Positions 1 through 9,864 of a stretch of 64,000 nt of DNA are shown piece by piece (position 1 is the stretch's first letter; each line of letters opens with the position of its first letter). A model generated the notes under the pieces. It ran no database searches. It had not been told where the DNA came from and was given only the letters and a program-made list of their open reading frames with translations. Origin of the DNA: a virus. Both the position numbers and the translations under genes were made by a program. The stretch lies in IMG/VR virus record IMGVR_UViG_3300023084_000004, one strand, 5' to 3'.

Positions 1-2
1 CT

Positions 3-161
3 GCTGAGGTTGCTGGTGTTGGTGGACCATATACATATGAATTTGCTGTTCCACTTCAAATGCCAGAAAAAACTGATATTGATGTTAGAGCAACAGTTCG
101 TTCAAATAACGCAAGAGTAACAGCAGCTTTTGATATAATATTAATTGATAATCCTGCTTAA
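3..161 (+). CDS. 3' end of a hypothetical protein running in from the left edge
   Basis: Open frame AEVAGVGGPYTYEFAVPLQMPEKTDIDVRATVRSNNARVTAAFDIILIDNPA* ending at TAA 159-161. Confidence 0.6.
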   Translation, partial: AEVAGVGGPYTYEFAVPLQMPEKTDIDVRATVRSNNARVTAAFDIILIDNPA

Positions 162-165
162 ATAG

Positions 166-194
166 TTGACATAACAACTTAAGTGTGTTATAAT
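166..194 (+). promoter_or_regulatory. sigma70-type early promoter
   Basis: TTGACA 166-171, 17-nt spacer, TATAAT 189-194. Confidence 0.8.
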
Positions 195-224
195 ATATAA
201 AATATAAATTATGGTTTGTGATGA

Positions 225-824
225 ATGCAAAACTATGTTGAAAATAAATCTATAGCAGTAGTAGGCAATGCTCAGTCATTGTTTGATTTTCAATATGGTA
301 GTGATATCGATGATCATCAGATAGTAATACGAATAAACAATTCTGCTATCTTCTACGACGATTTAAATCCTCGTCATTCTCACGGAACTAAAATAGACAT
401 TTGGGCTTTTTGGGAGTTTTGGCGTACTGCCACTTCTCACCATTCATATAAGACTCCACAGTTGGAGAAATATATTTACTCAAACAAATACAAATCTTTA
501 AATCTTGCTATGACAAATCGAAATAACGGATTTGTTTATAACAATAAAGAATTTGGTAAAGATATAAAATTGCAAATGTTATCTGAAATAGGAACACCTT
601 CATCAGGTATTTGTATTTTATATCTTTTAAATACAATGAATCCTTCTATTGTTAATGTATATGGAATGGATTTTAAAAGAACAAAAACTTTTCATAAAGC
701 ATATAATGATGTTGATAATAATAGATTTGATCCATTTAATAATTTAAACTTTGAGTTTGAAGAAGAGTATGCAATGAAACAATTTTTTTCTCAAGAACGT
801 TTTAATTTAAAAGGAGAAATATAA
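225..824 (+). CDS. Glycosyltransferase family 29 (sialyltransferase)-like protein
   Basis: Sialylmotif-L-like IAVVGNAQSL...DIDDHQIVIRIN; later PSSG and VYGMDF. Confidence 0.6.
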   Translation: MQNYVENKSIAVVGNAQSLFDFQYGSDIDDHQIVIRINNSAIFYDDLNPRHSHGTKIDIWAFWEFWRTATSHHSYKTPQLEKYIYSNKYKSLNLAMTNRNNGFVYNNKEFGKDIKLQMLSEIGTPSSGICILYLLNTMNPSIVNVYGMDFKRTKTFHKAYNDVDNNRFDPFNNLNFEFEEEYAMKQFFSQERFNLKGEI

Positions 825-1390
825 TGGGAAGAATACGTGATAGAGGTCATGATGGTGGAAACATTTGGAGATGGCACACTATTGAAAAATACGTTCGTAA
901 GAACGGTTGGACTAGAGGAGCCGAACTTGGAGTTTGGTTAGGTGAAACATTTAAGCATCTTGTTCGCACTTGTCATAATCTAACTTTATATGGTGTTGAT
1001 TTATATGAAGCACAACCTGGTTATGATGGACCTGAGCAATGGACTCCAGGAGAAAATGGACATGCTTGGAATCATGAAGCATATTATTACGATCTAACAA
1101 ATTTCTGTAAAGACTATTCAGATAGAGCTTTTATTATTAAAGATTATACAACTGAAGCCGCAAAGCAGATTGAAGACGAAAGTTTAGATTTTGTTTTTAT
1201 CGATGCTGACCATTCTTATAATGGTGTTATGAGAGATGTTGAAGCATGGGCTCCAAAAGTTCGTAAAGGTGGTATGATTATTGGACATGATATTCATTTT
1301 CCAACCGTGAAACAAGCAGTAGAAGAGTTATACGGAGAAGGTAATTATACTGTAGAAGATGATTTTTTATGGTTAGTTGAAAAGCAATAA
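824..1390 (+). CDS. Class I SAM-dependent methyltransferase (Methyltransf_24-like)
   Basis: GAELGVWLG motif I, YGVD, DFVFIDADHSY, GGMIIGHD. Confidence 0.85.
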   Translation: MGRIRDRGHDGGNIWRWHTIEKYVRKNGWTRGAELGVWLGETFKHLVRTCHNLTLYGVDLYEAQPGYDGPEQWTPGENGHAWNHEAYYYDLTNFCKDYSDRAFIIKDYTTEAAKQIEDESLDFVFIDADHSYNGVMRDVEAWAPKVRKGGMIIGHDIHFPTVKQAVEELYGEGNYTVEDDFLWLVEKQ

Positions 1391-1399
1391 GGAAATTTA

Positions 1400-1936
1400 G
1401 TGAAAACAACAGTGATTAATTTCTATGGTGGTCCGTCATCTGGTAAAAGTACGGCTGCCGCAGGATTATTTTATAAAATGAAAATGTTAGGACATAATGT
1501 TGAACTTACTGATGAGTTTGCAAAAGAATGTGTTTGGGAAGGAAACATTCCAATGCTTCAAGATCAATTGTGGGTATTAGCTCATCAACATAGAAAAATA
1601 TTAAGATTAGTAGGTAAGGTAGATTATATTATTACAGATAGTCCAGTACTATTAAGTCCATTATATAGAGAAAAATATTCTGGTCCATTATATAGTGATT
1701 TAATAGACAGAATTGCTTTAGAAATATATGACAAATATCATAACATTAATTTTATGCTTACCCGGCCAAAAAATTTCGAACAAAACGGTAGAGCTCAAGA
1801 CGAGGAATTAAGTAGAGAAATAGATAAAGAAATTATAGATCAATTTAGAAGATTAGGAATTCACTATAATAGACTTACTGAATTTGATCCGGCCGGAGAA
1901 GCTTTATCTCATATCACTTCAACAGTAACACATTAA
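1400..1936 (+). CDS. P-loop kinase/ATPase, AAA_28/NadR-kinase-like
   Basis: Walker A GGPSSGKST; IITDSP Walker-B-like; R-Q motif FEQNGRAQ. Confidence 0.7.
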   Translation: MKTTVINFYGGPSSGKSTAAAGLFYKMKMLGHNVELTDEFAKECVWEGNIPMLQDQLWVLAHQHRKILRLVGKVDYIITDSPVLLSPLYREKYSGPLYSDLIDRIALEIYDKYHNINFMLTRPKNFEQNGRAQDEELSREIDKEIIDQFRRLGIHYNRLTEFDPAGEALSHITSTVTH

Positions 1937-1945
1937 GGAAAAACA

Positions 1946-3088
1946 ATGCACACGATAATTGATAAGATTTATCAAAAAGAATTAAAGCGCCAACAAACAA
2001 CAATTGAGCTTATTGCATCTGAGAATTTCGCATCAGATGCTGTTATGAAATTATGTGGTTCTGAATTTACAAACAAATATGCCGAAGGTTATCCTGGTCG
2101 TAGATATTATAATGGCTGTGATCAAATGGATGAAATTGAATCATTAGCAATTCAAAAATTAATAGACATTTATGATTGTAAATTTGCAAACGTTCAACCA
2201 CACAGTGGTGCTAATGCTAATCTTGCAATCTATAATGCATTCCTTAAACCAGGTGATAAAATTCTTGGAATGGATTTAGCAAGTGGCGGTCATTTAACTC
2301 ATGGTGCTCCAGTTACAATTAGTGGTAAATTATATGATGCTTATTCTTATGGTGTTTCTGATGATGGTTGGTTAGATTATAATAAAATACGTGATATCGC
2401 ATTAAAAGTAAAACCAAAACTTATTATTGCTGGTGCATCAGCTTATCCGCGACAAATTGATTGGTATCTTTTTAGAGATATTGCAGATGAAGTTGGTGCA
2501 TATCTTATGGTTGATATGGCTCATTATTCTGGTTTAATTGCAGGTGGTGCTTATGTAAGTCCGATACCATGCGCAGATTTTGTAACATCAACAACGCATA
2601 AAACTCTTCGTGGGCCGCGAGGTGGAATTATATTATGGAATAATCCAGATTATACTAAAAAAATTAATAGTAGTATTTTTCCAGGCACTCAAGGTGGGCC
2701 ATTAATGAATATGATCGCAGGTAAAGCACAAGCATTTCTTGAAGCTGATACAAAAGAATTCGATATATATTCTAATAAAGTTGTACAAAATGCTCAAGCC
2801 ATGTGTGAAGTTTTTCATCATTCAAAAGATATATTAGTACAAACACATGGAACTGATTCACATATTATTTTGCTTGACTTAAGTAAATCAAAATATTCTG
2901 GAAGAGAAGCTGCGGATTTACTTGAAGAAAATGGTATTACTGTTAATAAAAATGGTATACCAAATGATCCACGACCTTTTATGGAAACAAGTGGTATTCG
3001 AATTGGTACAGCAGCAGAAACAACACGTGGAAAAACAAAAGAAGACTTTATAAAAATTGCGGAGAAGATTTTAGAGATACTTGACTGA
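1946..3088 (+). CDS. glyA: Serine hydroxymethyltransferase
   Basis: IELIASEN, NKYAEGYPGRRYYNG, QPHSGA, SGGHLTHG, PLP lysine in TSTTHKTLRGPRGG. Confidence 0.97.
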   Translation: MHTIIDKIYQKELKRQQTTIELIASENFASDAVMKLCGSEFTNKYAEGYPGRRYYNGCDQMDEIESLAIQKLIDIYDCKFANVQPHSGANANLAIYNAFLKPGDKILGMDLASGGHLTHGAPVTISGKLYDAYSYGVSDDGWLDYNKIRDIALKVKPKLIIAGASAYPRQIDWYLFRDIADEVGAYLMVDMAHYSGLIAGGAYVSPIPCADFVTSTTHKTLRGPRGGIILWNNPDYTKKINSSIFPGTQGGPLMNMIAGKAQAFLEADTKEFDIYSNKVVQNAQAMCEVFHHSKDILVQTHGTDSHIILLDLSKSKYSGREAADLLEENGITVNKNGIPNDPRPFMETSGIRIGTAAETTRGKTKEDFIKIAEKILEILD

Positions 3089-3747
3089 TGGAAACCTCTA
3101 TTGAAAAAAAGTTAAGTCATATATGGATTGGACCAAAACCAGCTCCTCTTAAATGGATGTATACTTGGAGAGATAAACATCCTGATTGGGAATACAGTAT
3201 ATTTACTGATGCAATGTTAAAAGAAAGAAGATGGTATAACCAACATCTTATTGAACATTATTATAATGCAAGAGCTTGGTGTGGAGTGTCTGATTTAATA
3301 AGATATGAATTACTATATGAACAAGGTGGATTTATAGCAGAAGCTGATATGATTTGTTTAGAGAATACAGATGAGTTATGGCAATCTCCAGAAGACCATG
3401 CTTATACATGTTATGAAAATGAAAAAGGTCGACCAGATTTTGTTCAACCTATTTTCGCATGTAATCCTGGCAATGAGTTTATTAAATTATTAATTGATAC
3501 GCTTCATACGTTAAAACCACATCAATTGCATCCACAACCTTTTGTGTCTACAGGAAATAGTTTTCTTTCAAAATTTGTTCCAAGCTTTAAACATAAATTG
3601 ACAATTTTTCCATCACATTATTTTATACCACAATTTTATATTAATGGTGCAAAAAGATATGATGGACCAGATAAAATTTACGCTGACCATAAGTGGGGTT
3701 CTACTGGAATGGGATATAATTGTGTAGATTATTCACAAGGAGTATAA
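3088..3747 (+). CDS. Glycosyltransferase, GT32/DXD sugar-binding-like
   Basis: HIWIGP N-terminus; SDLIRYELLYEQGGFIAEAD matches the SD-x-x-R...GG-x-Y-x-D pattern. Confidence 0.75.
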   Translation: METSIEKKLSHIWIGPKPAPLKWMYTWRDKHPDWEYSIFTDAMLKERRWYNQHLIEHYYNARAWCGVSDLIRYELLYEQGGFIAEADMICLENTDELWQSPEDHAYTCYENEKGRPDFVQPIFACNPGNEFIKLLIDTLHTLKPHQLHPQPFVSTGNSFLSKFVPSFKHKLTIFPSHYFIPQFYINGAKRYDGPDKIYADHKWGSTGMGYNCVDYSQGV

Positions 3748-4407
3748 ATGTACTTATCACACAAATACAAATTTCTCTTTTTACGTACTCCGAAAACTGC
3801 ATCAAGTAGTTTATCGGATTTTTTTATTCGCAATATCGATGATCCAGATGCTATCTATACAGAAGTTGAAGATAGTAAATTACCAGGAACATTAGATGAA
3901 AGTATCGTATCACGATACAGACCTTATGCTTTCTATCATTTTACTTTAAACCAATTAATTGCAGAAGGTGTTATAACAGAAGAACAAGCTCGTGAATATG
4001 ATGTATTCGCATTATTAAGAGACCCAATAGATAGAGCAAAAAGCTTTTACTATTTTTATAAGAAATTTAGAACACCTGGAAGAGAAGCATCTTTAGAAGA
4101 ATATAAATCGTGGACTACAAATGGTATATTTGATAATGATGCAAACTCTGCTATACGACAAACTGATTTATTAAAAATTGGTGAAGAACGAATAGGTCGT
4201 TTTTGGCTATACGAAAATTTAGAAGAAGAGTTATTTCAATTTTGCTATAATAATAAAATTTTAATTAACTATCCACTACCAAATCATAAAACAGACACAA
4301 GAAAAAATAGATCAAATGAAATAGAATTTGATATCGAAGCATTACAAGGAATTAATAATCACTTCAAAGAAGATTGTGAATTATATAATAAATTAAAAAA
4401 TGGATAA
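3748..4407 (+). CDS. Sulfotransferase family protein (Sulfotransfer_2-like)
   Basis: FLFLRTPKTASSS 5'-PAPS loop; LLRDPIDRAKSFY 3'-PAPS motif. Confidence 0.8.
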   Translation: MYLSHKYKFLFLRTPKTASSSLSDFFIRNIDDPDAIYTEVEDSKLPGTLDESIVSRYRPYAFYHFTLNQLIAEGVITEEQAREYDVFALLRDPIDRAKSFYYFYKKFRTPGREASLEEYKSWTTNGIFDNDANSAIRQTDLLKIGEERIGRFWLYENLEEELFQFCYNNKILINYPLPNHKTDTRKNRSNEIEFDIEALQGINNHFKEDCELYNKLKNG

Positions 4408-4567
4408 TAGTAATAATTACATGGAAACTGCAGTTGTATTAAAATGTCCTGAAGAAGGCCGTTATATTGTAGAATATAAAGGTGAATCTTGGGAGTTCGT
4501 AGATTTTTTACAAGCAAATGAAAAGATGCAATCATTAATACGACCGCCTCAAGGCGATCCTAAGTGA
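4400..4567 (+). CDS. Small hypothetical protein (55 aa; not in ORF track)
   Basis: ATG 4400 to TGA 4567 fills the gap and overlaps both neighbours. Confidence 0.55.
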   Translation: MDNSNNYMETAVVLKCPEEGRYIVEYKGESWEFVDFLQANEKMQSLIRPPQGDPK

Positions 4568-5247
4568 AAGCTTATATCTTAAAAATCAATACTCCTATCT
4601 CAACACAATATGCAAAAATATGTGCAGATAGTTGTGATAAAGTAGGTTTAAAAAGAGAATACGTTCAAGGTTATCAAAATATGACTGGACGTGCAGCTTG
4701 GTGTTTAACTGGTATTAAACAAAGTTTTTATGAACCTATAAGATATATAGCTAATCCTACACCTTCTCAAAAAGCAAATGCTTGTAGTGCAGGACATGGT
4801 AAAATATGGAAAATGATTGCAGAAGGTGATGATGATGTCGGTATTGTATTAGAACATGACGCTATCATATTGCATAAACCCAATATAGAAATACCTGATA
4901 ATTGCATTGTTGTATTAGGATATAAATTAACAGACCCATCAAGATATGATCATCAAAGAGCAGGTCCACCTGAAGAATTAATAGATATTGATGGACACGA
5001 AGGTGCGCATGCATATATGATGACAAAGAAAACTGCACAGTTTTTAGTAAATGAAATAGAACAAAGAGGCATTTTAGGTGCAGTAGATAATGCATATTTT
5101 ATTCGAGGACAACGACAAACAGCATTACCACTAAAAATTATGTCACCAACACCAGCTCTTGGTTGGTTAAGAGAATCAACAATCTGGTCACAAAGTGCTA
5201 ATGTTAACTATGAATTTATATCCAGTTTTTCAAAATATTATAAATAA
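4564..5247 (+). CDS. Glycosyltransferase family 25-like protein
   Basis: ACSAGHGKIWKMI...IVLEHDA and GAHAYMMTKKTA resemble GT25 motifs. Confidence 0.6.
   Translation: MKAYILKINTPISTQYAKICADSCDKVGLKREYVQGYQNMTGRAAWCLTGIKQSFYEPIRYIANPTPSQKANACSAGHGKIWKMIAEGDDDVGIVLEHDAIILHKPNIEIPDNCIVVLGYKLTDPSRYDHQRAGPPEELIDIDGHEGAHAYMMTKKTAQFLVNEIEQRGILGAVDNAYFIRGQRQTALPLKIMSPTPALGWLRESTIWSQSANVNYEFISSFSKYYK
5239..5246 (+). promoter_or_regulatory. T4-type late promoter
   Basis: TATAAATA about 40 nt upstream of the 785-aa ORF. Confidence 0.7.
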
Positions 5248-5284
5248 ACCAGAGTAGATTTAAATTTTAATTAGGATTTAATAA

Positions 5285-7642
5285 ATGAGTCAAACATTTC
5301 AAGAATTCTTGGATAGTGTATCGTCACTTCAGCTTGACGAGAAAACAACTGTGGCCGATCGAATCAGAGACTTAAGATCAAGATCAAAAGATGATGAAGA
5401 ACCTGTTGATGGCGAAAAACCAGCTGACAGTGAAGTTGATACAGACCAAGAACAACCAAATCCAGAACAAAGGGATAGAGTAAATCCCGATGACCCGTTT
5501 GCTGCCGAAAAAACACAAGACATGATGGATGATCTTGAAACAGCATTGGGTGATATTGCCTTAAAACTTAAAGCCGCAGAAAATATTAAAACAAATCCTG
5601 CATTAAGAAAAATCGGCAAGAAAAAATTAAATCCAAAGAATTATGTCAATATTAAACCTGTTGTAACCGAAGCACCACGCGGCGGTACAGCAGTTATCAG
5701 TTTTGGTCGTATGAATCCTGTGACAGTTGGTCATGAAAAATTGGTCAATAAAGTAATTTCTACTGCTTTGTCAATGGGTGGAACTCCGCTAATCTACTTA
5801 TCTCACTCCACAGATCCTAAGAAGAATCCACTCTCATACGACCAAAAACTTTTATTCGCAAAACGCGCATTCGGAACCAAGTTGATTGTTAAATCAAGAG
5901 CACGCACCATTATAGAGGTTGCTAAAGAATTACAACGTCAATATAAAGAACTTGTGCTCATTGTCGGTTCAGATCGTGTTAGTGAATTTGAGACACTACT
6001 TACCAAATATAACGGTAAGGATTTTACCTTTGATAAGGTATCTGTAATATCAGCAGGTGATAGAGATCCTGATGCTGATGACGTATCAGGAATGTCTGCT
6101 TCTAAAATGAGAAAAGCAGCTGCTGATGAAGACTTTGATTCTTTTAAGAAAGGACTTCCAAGAAAATTACAAAGTCAAGCTAAAGTTGTATATGACTCAG
6201 TAAGAGTTGGTATGGGACTTCAAGAAACAATGGAATTAGAATTCGAAGATTTTGATAACGAATTCTTAGATGAAATCTTTATGGATGAAGATTTAACTGA
6301 AGAGTTATTAGGCGAAGCACTTACACGTCAACAAAGACTCAAGCGCAAAATGTTAATGAAGCGTATGAGAAGTAAAATTCGTATGGGTAGAAGACGTGCA
6401 ATGAAAAGGGTTGCAACCGTTGAAGTAATCAAAAAACGTGCTCGTCGTTTAGTATATCGTATGTTGAAAAAGAGATTTGCAAAAGCAAATAGATATGCTG
6501 ATATGCCATATAGTGCAAGACAACGCATTGATGATCGTGTAGCAAGAATTCCTAAAAATAGAATTGAAATTCTTATGAGACGATTTATGCCTAAAGTAAA
6601 AGCGGCTGAAAGAGCAAGACTCGCTTCTAAAATCGCTTCAAAGAAACCAAAGAATCCTACGGTTCAAAAGAAAAAACCAGTAATTAAAAAAGTTGATACA
6701 TCTAAAGCTAAAAAAGAATCTTTAGATCAATTAGTTACTAATTACTTAAAAGAAAAAGTAGTTAATGGTAAATTAGATCCGTTATCACCAATGGGTAAAC
6801 AAAAACTTACTGGTCGAGAAGTTGCTCAGTATTATAGAGACAACCCTGCTGCAAAAAGAGCAGCACGAGATGAGAAGACAAAATTAGCAATTGAATTAGC
6901 TCTTGACTTAGCAGGTAATATGAATTACGCTATTAAAGAAATTGAAAAGATTAAAAAAGGATTATCTAGACATCCAGAAGTTAAAAAAGCTTTAAGATTT
7001 ACAAACGAAAATACAGAGAGTACATACAAAGAATATACTCTTGAACAAAGACTTTCAGAAGGTTCATCATATCATACTGGACTAGCAAAGTCAACTGCTG
7101 ATAAACGTAAAGCACAATTCAATAAACAAGCAAAAATGGCTGATGATAATCCAGATGCATATAAACCAGCACCTGGTGATGCAACTGCAGAAACAAAACC
7201 AAGTAAACATACTTCTAAATTTAAGAAAATGTTTGGTGAAACTAATTATGAACGAGCAGGTTTGAAAAAACCACACATGCTATTAGCACGCAATGGTTCA
7301 GTAGTTGTTGATAAACGGTTTAAAATTAATAAAAAAGGTTATGAAATAGAAGCAGAGCGAGAAGCAAAGCTTAAAGAATTATTAAGATTAGGGGAAGATC
7401 TTGAATTTGTATTCGAAAGTAATCCAGAAAAATCTCTTAGAAACAAAGCAGAAAAAACTGGAATCCCTTATGGTATTCTTAAAAAAGTATTTGACCGTGG
7501 AGTCGCTGCTTGGAAATCAGGTCATCGACCAGGAACAACTCCTACTCAATGGGGATTGGCAAGAGTTAATAGTTTTGCAACTGGTGGAAAAACACAAAAA
7601 ACAACCGATGCTGACTTGTGGAAACAACATAAGGGCAATTAA
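5285..7642 (+). CDS. Multidomain protein: cytidylyltransferase-like (HIGH) domain plus several small modules; probable virion/internal protein
   Basis: SFGRMNPVTVGHEK (HIGH-like), LIVGSDR, GMSASKMR (KMSKS-like); C-terminal KKVFDRGVAAWKSGHRPG...QWGLARVNSF domain; N-terminus MSQTFQEFL. Confidence 0.75.
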   Translation: MSQTFQEFLDSVSSLQLDEKTTVADRIRDLRSRSKDDEEPVDGEKPADSEVDTDQEQPNPEQRDRVNPDDPFAAEKTQDMMDDLETALGDIALKLKAAENIKTNPALRKIGKKKLNPKNYVNIKPVVTEAPRGGTAVISFGRMNPVTVGHEKLVNKVISTALSMGGTPLIYLSHSTDPKKNPLSYDQKLLFAKRAFGTKLIVKSRARTIIEVAKELQRQYKELVLIVGSDRVSEFETLLTKYNGKDFTFDKVSVISAGDRDPDADDVSGMSASKMRKAAADEDFDSFKKGLPRKLQSQAKVVYDSVRVGMGLQETMELEFEDFDNEFLDEIFMDEDLTEELLGEALTRQQRLKRKMLMKRMRSKIRMGRRRAMKRVATVEVIKKRARRLVYRMLKKRFAKANRYADMPYSARQRIDDRVARIPKNRIEILMRRFMPKVKAAERARLASKIASKKPKNPTVQKKKPVIKKVDTSKAKKESLDQLVTNYLKEKVVNGKLDPLSPMGKQKLTGREVAQYYRDNPAAKRAARDEKTKLAIELALDLAGNMNYAIKEIEKIKKGLSRHPEVKKALRFTNENTESTYKEYTLEQRLSEGSSYHTGLAKSTADKRKAQFNKQAKMADDNPDAYKPAPGDATAETKPSKHTSKFKKMFGETNYERAGLKKPHMLLARNGSVVVDKRFKINKKGYEIEAEREAKLKELLRLGEDLEFVFESNPEKSLRNKAEKTGIPYGILKKVFDRGVAAWKSGHRPGTTPTQWGLARVNSFATGGKTQKTTDADLWKQHKGN

Positions 7643-7662
7643 AAAGACAGGGATAACAAATA

Positions 7663-8148
7663 ATGAAAACTGTAAAAGGATCAATAAGAGAAGCATTAGC
7701 ACAGATTGCTACTTATAATAAACAACCTATTGCTGAACAAGACCTCGAAAAAGAATTAAATCAACATACTGAAGGCTCATTCTATGGCCGAGACGACTTA
7801 GTCAAGAAATGGTCTACACCTAAAAAGGATAGACACCTGTATATTAAGTTAGCTAAAGACGATGCAAGTGGACATCATCGTGCTTCAATGAAGCGTAAAG
7901 GTAATGAGAAGAAGATTGCTGACCTTAAGAGGCAAGGATATAAAGAAGTACCATTTGAATCAAAAGAAGAATTACAACAATGTATCGATGAAAGAGAAAC
8001 AGATAAATACGGCAATCCAAAACTAAGTGATGCCGATAAAGATAAGATTGGTAAACTCAGACAAAAAATTAAAGATCACGAAATTTTAGCTAATAGACTA
8101 AGAGACGAAATTAGTCAAATTAAAAAGAACGCAGGGATTGATAACTAA
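7663..8148 (+). CDS. Hypothetical protein (late block)
   Basis: 161-aa ORF in a tightly packed operon. Confidence 0.7.
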   Translation: MKTVKGSIREALAQIATYNKQPIAEQDLEKELNQHTEGSFYGRDDLVKKWSTPKKDRHLYIKLAKDDASGHHRASMKRKGNEKKIADLKRQGYKEVPFESKEELQQCIDERETDKYGNPKLSDADKDKIGKLRQKIKDHEILANRLRDEISQIKKNAGIDN

Positions 8149-9485
8149 TGAAAAAATTAACAGACTTAATTAACGAAAGTGGAGCAGGTTTCTGGGGAAC
8201 TACTTCAGCAAAAGATAAGCTTGCCTCAGATACTCCCGGCCAAGGTGTTAAGAAGAAAAAATTAACAGACATAGCTATAGAAAATTTTAATATGAATTTA
8301 GTAGAAATGACTGTATCATTTAAGTTTGAAACTCTTCAAGACGCAGCAAAAGCAGAAAGACGTGCAATGGCTATGGGTTTAGAAACAAGTTCAGAAAAAA
8401 TGAAAGGTCAAAAAGTTTGGTTGTTACATTTAACTGGTAAGTATACAGATATTACGAAATGGCTTAAGAGAACTCAACCTGAAAAACCAGTAGAAGAAGA
8501 ATTAAAACCAACAAGTAAAACAAAAACGATTAGTCCTCGTGATTATAAAATTAAAGGTCATACCGTGCGCGTAAAACCACAAAGTGGTAAGTTTCATTTA
8601 AGTATTGACGGAAAAGAAATTGGCGTATATAGTTCAGAAAAAAGTGCAATGCAAACTGCATCAAAACATATTTACGTAGGTTTAAAAGAAGAAAGAGATG
8701 ATTTTGATAGTCCTATTACTTCAAAAGATATTAAAATGGCAATCGGTATTGCTAATGACCCAAGATATAAGCAGGGTAATTATAGTGCAGCTTATCAAAA
8801 AATCTCAAGATTGAAAAAAGATTTACAAAAACATCCTCGAGTTAGAGACGCTTTAAGACAAGCGAATGAAAACTTCGATTTCGACATATTAGACGAAGGC
8901 GCAGTTGCTGTTTCTACTGTAGAAAAAGAAATTAGAAGCAATGGTGGAAAAATCATAAGACCAGAAACTAACGATAAGAAAATCACATTTACATATAATG
9001 GTGGTAAGAGAACTGTTCCTGTAGATAGAGGGTTTGTTCAAGATCACTATTATATGCAATTACAAAAAATGTTTGAAGAAGTTGAAATTGAAGAAGCAAC
9101 CTTAGCTGCTCGTAATGGTCAAGTTCTTGATCATATGCTCGGTTTACTTAAGACTAAGCTTATGAAAGATATGGAAAACGGCAATTTATCAGACGCTGAA
9201 GTGGTGGCTAAACTTGTTAAGAGACGTATTGAAAATGATACCAAACGTAAAGGTCACGCTAGATTAAAAAACGAAGATAGTCAGTGGGGCGTAGAAAATA
9301 GATTTATGAGATACGATAGTGAAAAATTAAAAGATATGCGTAAAAAGAAATTAAATTCTATTACAGCTTTAAAAGGACAGCATAGTACTATGACAGCTTT
9401 AGGAGGTAAGAATCCTAGAGGTGAAGAAATAAGAGAACTAGAAAAAGATATTAAAATGATCGATGCTGCGCTACAATCAAAATGA
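8148..9485 (+). CDS. Hypothetical modular protein, probable internal head protein
   Basis: 445 aa; MKKLTDLINES N-terminus; internal x-x-E/A or G motifs. Confidence 0.7.
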   Translation: MKKLTDLINESGAGFWGTTSAKDKLASDTPGQGVKKKKLTDIAIENFNMNLVEMTVSFKFETLQDAAKAERRAMAMGLETSSEKMKGQKVWLLHLTGKYTDITKWLKRTQPEKPVEEELKPTSKTKTISPRDYKIKGHTVRVKPQSGKFHLSIDGKEIGVYSSEKSAMQTASKHIYVGLKEERDDFDSPITSKDIKMAIGIANDPRYKQGNYSAAYQKISRLKKDLQKHPRVRDALRQANENFDFDILDEGAVAVSTVEKEIRSNGGKIIRPETNDKKITFTYNGGKRTVPVDRGFVQDHYYMQLQKMFEEVEIEEATLAARNGQVLDHMLGLLKTKLMKDMENGNLSDAEVVAKLVKRRIENDTKRKGHARLKNEDSQWGVENRFMRYDSEKLKDMRKKKLNSITALKGQHSTMTALGGKNPRGEEIRELEKDIKMIDAALQSK

Positions 9486-9856
9486 AAACCTTTAGAGAAT
9501 TTTTAGAAGAAAAGTTAAAAGTCTCTGATGGACTCGGAGCTTGGATTGATGATTTTATGAAATCAGATGCTCCACAATTCAAAGATGCTGACAAAGAAAA
9601 ACGTCGAGATATGGCAATAGCAGCCTTTACTGCTGCAGGTGGTAAACTTGACGAAGGATCTGAATCGTGGGAAGATGGATATAAGCGTAGAGTTGTAAAA
9701 ACGACCAAACCAGAACATAAAGAAAAAGGTTATAATTGGAGAATTAAAGGTAAAGATAAAGCACATCTTACTATTAAACTCTATAAGAATAAACCTTCAC
9801 AAGAAGAATTTAACAAACAAATGAAACGTGTTGCTGGACACGAGTTCGGAGGATAG
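9482..9856 (+). CDS. Hypothetical protein with capsid-targeting-like N-terminus
   Basis: MKTFREFLEE. Confidence 0.75.
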   Translation: MKTFREFLEEKLKVSDGLGAWIDDFMKSDAPQFKDADKEKRRDMAIAAFTAAGGKLDEGSESWEDGYKRRVVKTTKPEHKEKGYNWRIKGKDKAHLTIKLYKNKPSQEEFNKQMKRVAGHEFGG

Positions 9857-9864
9857 AAATAAAA

